From SAR86 cluster bacterium AG-422-O05 (GTDB taxonomy: Bacteria > Pseudomonadota > Gammaproteobacteria > Magnimaribacterales > D2472), in NCBI GenBank assembly GCA_003213495.1, contig QCMW01000002.1, positions 4,303 through 68,302 on the forward strand: a stretch of 64,000 nt of DNA. Direction: 5' to 3'. A program made the position numbers and the translations under genes. The notes beneath the pieces are model-generated. The model was given only the letters and a program-made list of their open reading frames with translations, was not told where the DNA came from and did not search any database. Positions 62,451 to 64,000 of the stretch are shown piece after piece (positions within the stretch are counted from its first letter, which is position 1; every line of letters starts with the position of its first letter).

Positions 62451-64000
62451 ATGAAATTTTTTAAAAATATTCTAACTATATTTAGTTCTAAAAAAAATGA
62501 GATAAAAGAAATCTCACTAAAGATTTCTCCAGCTCTAGAAGAATTTGTTAAAAGCGAAATGTTGCCTGGCTTGAATATTTCTGAAAATTATTTCTGGAGT
62601 TCATTTGAGAACCTGTTAAATAAATTTCATCAAAGAAACATAGATTTATTAGATACAAGAAAGCAGTTACAAGCAAAAATTAATGAATGGCATCTTGAAA
62701 GAAAAGATAAAGATTTAAATATTGATGAGTATAAAGATTTCTTAGAAGATATTGGTTATTTGTATCCAAGAAGCAAAGACTTTTCCATCACAACATGGAA
62801 TGTCGATCCTGAAATAAGAAAGATTGCTGGACCTCAGCTAGTTGTACCAGTTATGAATGCTAGGTTTGCTCTTAATGCTGCAAATGCTAGATGGGGAAGC
62901 CTTTATGATGCCTTATATGGTACTGATATTATTAGTGAAGATAATGGAGCTGTTAGGGAGGGAGGATATAATCCCATCAGAGGAGATAAAGTAATTGCCT
63001 TTTCTAAAAGCTTTCTTGATGAAACCATTCCTTTAAAAAATGGTAACTATGATAAGGTTATCAACTTTGAGTTTGTTGATAGTGAATTACTTATAATATT
63101 ACAAGATAACACAAAAACTTCATTGGTTGATAAGGATAAATATATTGGCTACATGGACAAAGGTGAAGGAGCATACGGTTTATTATTTAAGAATAATAAT
63201 CTTCATTTTGAGATACAAATTGATAGGTCGCATCCTATTGGTCAAAATGATTTATCAGGTATCAAAGATATTCTAATGGAGTCTGCCGTCACAACAATCC
63301 AAGATTGTGAGGATTCTGTAGCAGCGGTTGATGCAGATGACAAAATAATTGTTTATAGAAATTGGCTTGGCTTGATGAAAGGCAATTTAAAAAGATCTTT
63401 TGATAAAAATGGCAAGTTTATTACTAGGGAGCTTGCTAAAGATAGAAAATATCTTTTAAAAAATGGCAAGATGATTTTACTACCTGGAAGAAGCCTAATG
63501 TTGATAAGAAATGTAGGACATTTAATGACAAATCCTGCTATCAAAAATGATAGGGGTAATGAGGTGCCGGAAGGAATTATGGATGCTTTCTTTACTTCAT
63601 GTATTTCTATTCATGACATCATTGGCAATGGCACTTATAAAAATTCTAAAACTAAAAGCATTTATATTGTTAAACCAAAAATGCATGGTCCAGATGAAGT
63701 TCAATTTTCATGTGATTTGTTTTCAGAAATTGAGAAGATTTTTAATCTACCTCAAAACACAATTAAGATTGGCATTATGGATGAAGAGAGGAGGACTACT
63801 TTAAATCTAAAAGAGTGCATAGAAGTTGCGAAAGATAGAGTTATCTTTATTAATACAGGTTTCTTAGATAGAACAGGTGATGAAATTCATACTAGTATGG
63901 AAGCAGGACCGATGGTAACAAAAGCGGAAATGAAAAATCAAAAATGGATAAAGGCCTATGAAAACTGGAATGTCGATGTAGGTCTGGGAGTTGGTTTTAA
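62451..64000 (+). CDS. glcB: malate synthase G, N-terminal ~516 codons (3' end beyond the window)
   Basis: It is not in the ORF track because it is open-ended. My own translation from ATG 62451 gives ...VDPEIRKIAGPQLVVPVMNARFALNAANARWGSLYDALYGTD..., IQDCEDSVAAVDADDK, GRSLMLIRNVGHLMTNPAI, KPKMHGPDEV, GIMDEERRTT and FINTGFLDRTGDEIHTSMEAGPM. Confidence 0.95.
   Translation, partial: MKFFKNILTIFSSKKNEIKEISLKISPALEEFVKSEMLPGLNISENYFWSSFENLLNKFHQRNIDLLDTRKQLQAKINEWHLERKDKDLNIDEYKDFLEDIGYLYPRSKDFSITTWNVDPEIRKIAGPQLVVPVMNARFALNAANARWGSLYDALYGTDIISEDNGAVREGGYNPIRGDKVIAFSKSFLDETIPLKNGNYDKVINFEFVDSELLIILQDNTKTSLVDKDKYIGYMDKGEGAYGLLFKNNNLHFEIQIDRSHPIGQNDLSGIKDILMESAVTTIQDCEDSVAAVDADDKIIVYRNWLGLMKGNLKRSFDKNGKFITRELAKDRKYLLKNGKMILLPGRSLMLIRNVGHLMTNPAIKNDRGNEVPEGIMDAFFTSCISIHDIIGNGTYKNSKTKSIYIVKPKMHGPDEVQFSCDLFSEIEKIFNLPQNTIKIGIMDEERRTTLNLKECIEVAKDRVIFINTGFLDRTGDEIHTSMEAGPMVTKAEMKNQKWIKAYENWNVDVGLGVGF

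Noticed and set aside
63353-63804. ORFs 63353-63544(-) and 63547-63804(+)
   Set aside because: They are out of frame with, or antisense to, malate synthase G. The glcB frame (from ATG 62451) is continuous and carries all conserved motifs through to the end of the window.

Overview
This is a visibly AT-rich, extremely gene-dense 64-kb chromosomal segment with very few intergenic gaps over 100 bp. Gene content and order are those of a gammaproteobacterium: thrC | prfB-lysS, mdh, nrdAB, glpK, ung, ygfZ/sdhE, rpoE-rseA-like-degP-lepA-lepB-rnc-era-recO-acpS-adk, queA-tgt-yajC-secDF, suhB/trmJ, glcB. The compaction, low GC and TonB-receptor/lipid-type functions suggest a streamlined marine lineage. 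SAR86-like is my guess and is inference only. I call 67 protein-coding genes, 3 tRNAs (Leu-CAA, Glu-UUC, Gly-GCC), six hairpin terminators, a tandem NrdR-box pair and two DnaA-box clusters. I recognised no rRNA, CRISPR array, transposase, integrase or phage gene. The housekeeping core covers 0-29.4 kb and 34-41 kb. Accessory, envelope and lipid regions cover 29.5-34 kb and 41-62 kb. The most interesting observations are: (1) a TonB-dependent-receptor locus (52.3-61.2 kb) with a tethered M64-like zincin lipoprotein, an esterase lipoprotein and several secreted internally duplicated alpha+beta proteins; (2) a lipoprotein fusing a cadherin-like repeat to a cupredoxin with a complete type-1 copper ligand set, divergent from an FG-GAP propeller lipoprotein; (3) a recurrent Cys-(Gly)n tether on four large lipoproteins; (4) a tight DnaA-box triad beside a 250-bp AT-rich tract upstream of ung, plus a DnaA/NrdR-box array at nrdAB; (5) four SD-less genes whose ATG lies exactly where a -10 hexamer would place the transcription start. 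All product names rest on motif recognition by eye. No database search, folding or statistics could be run.
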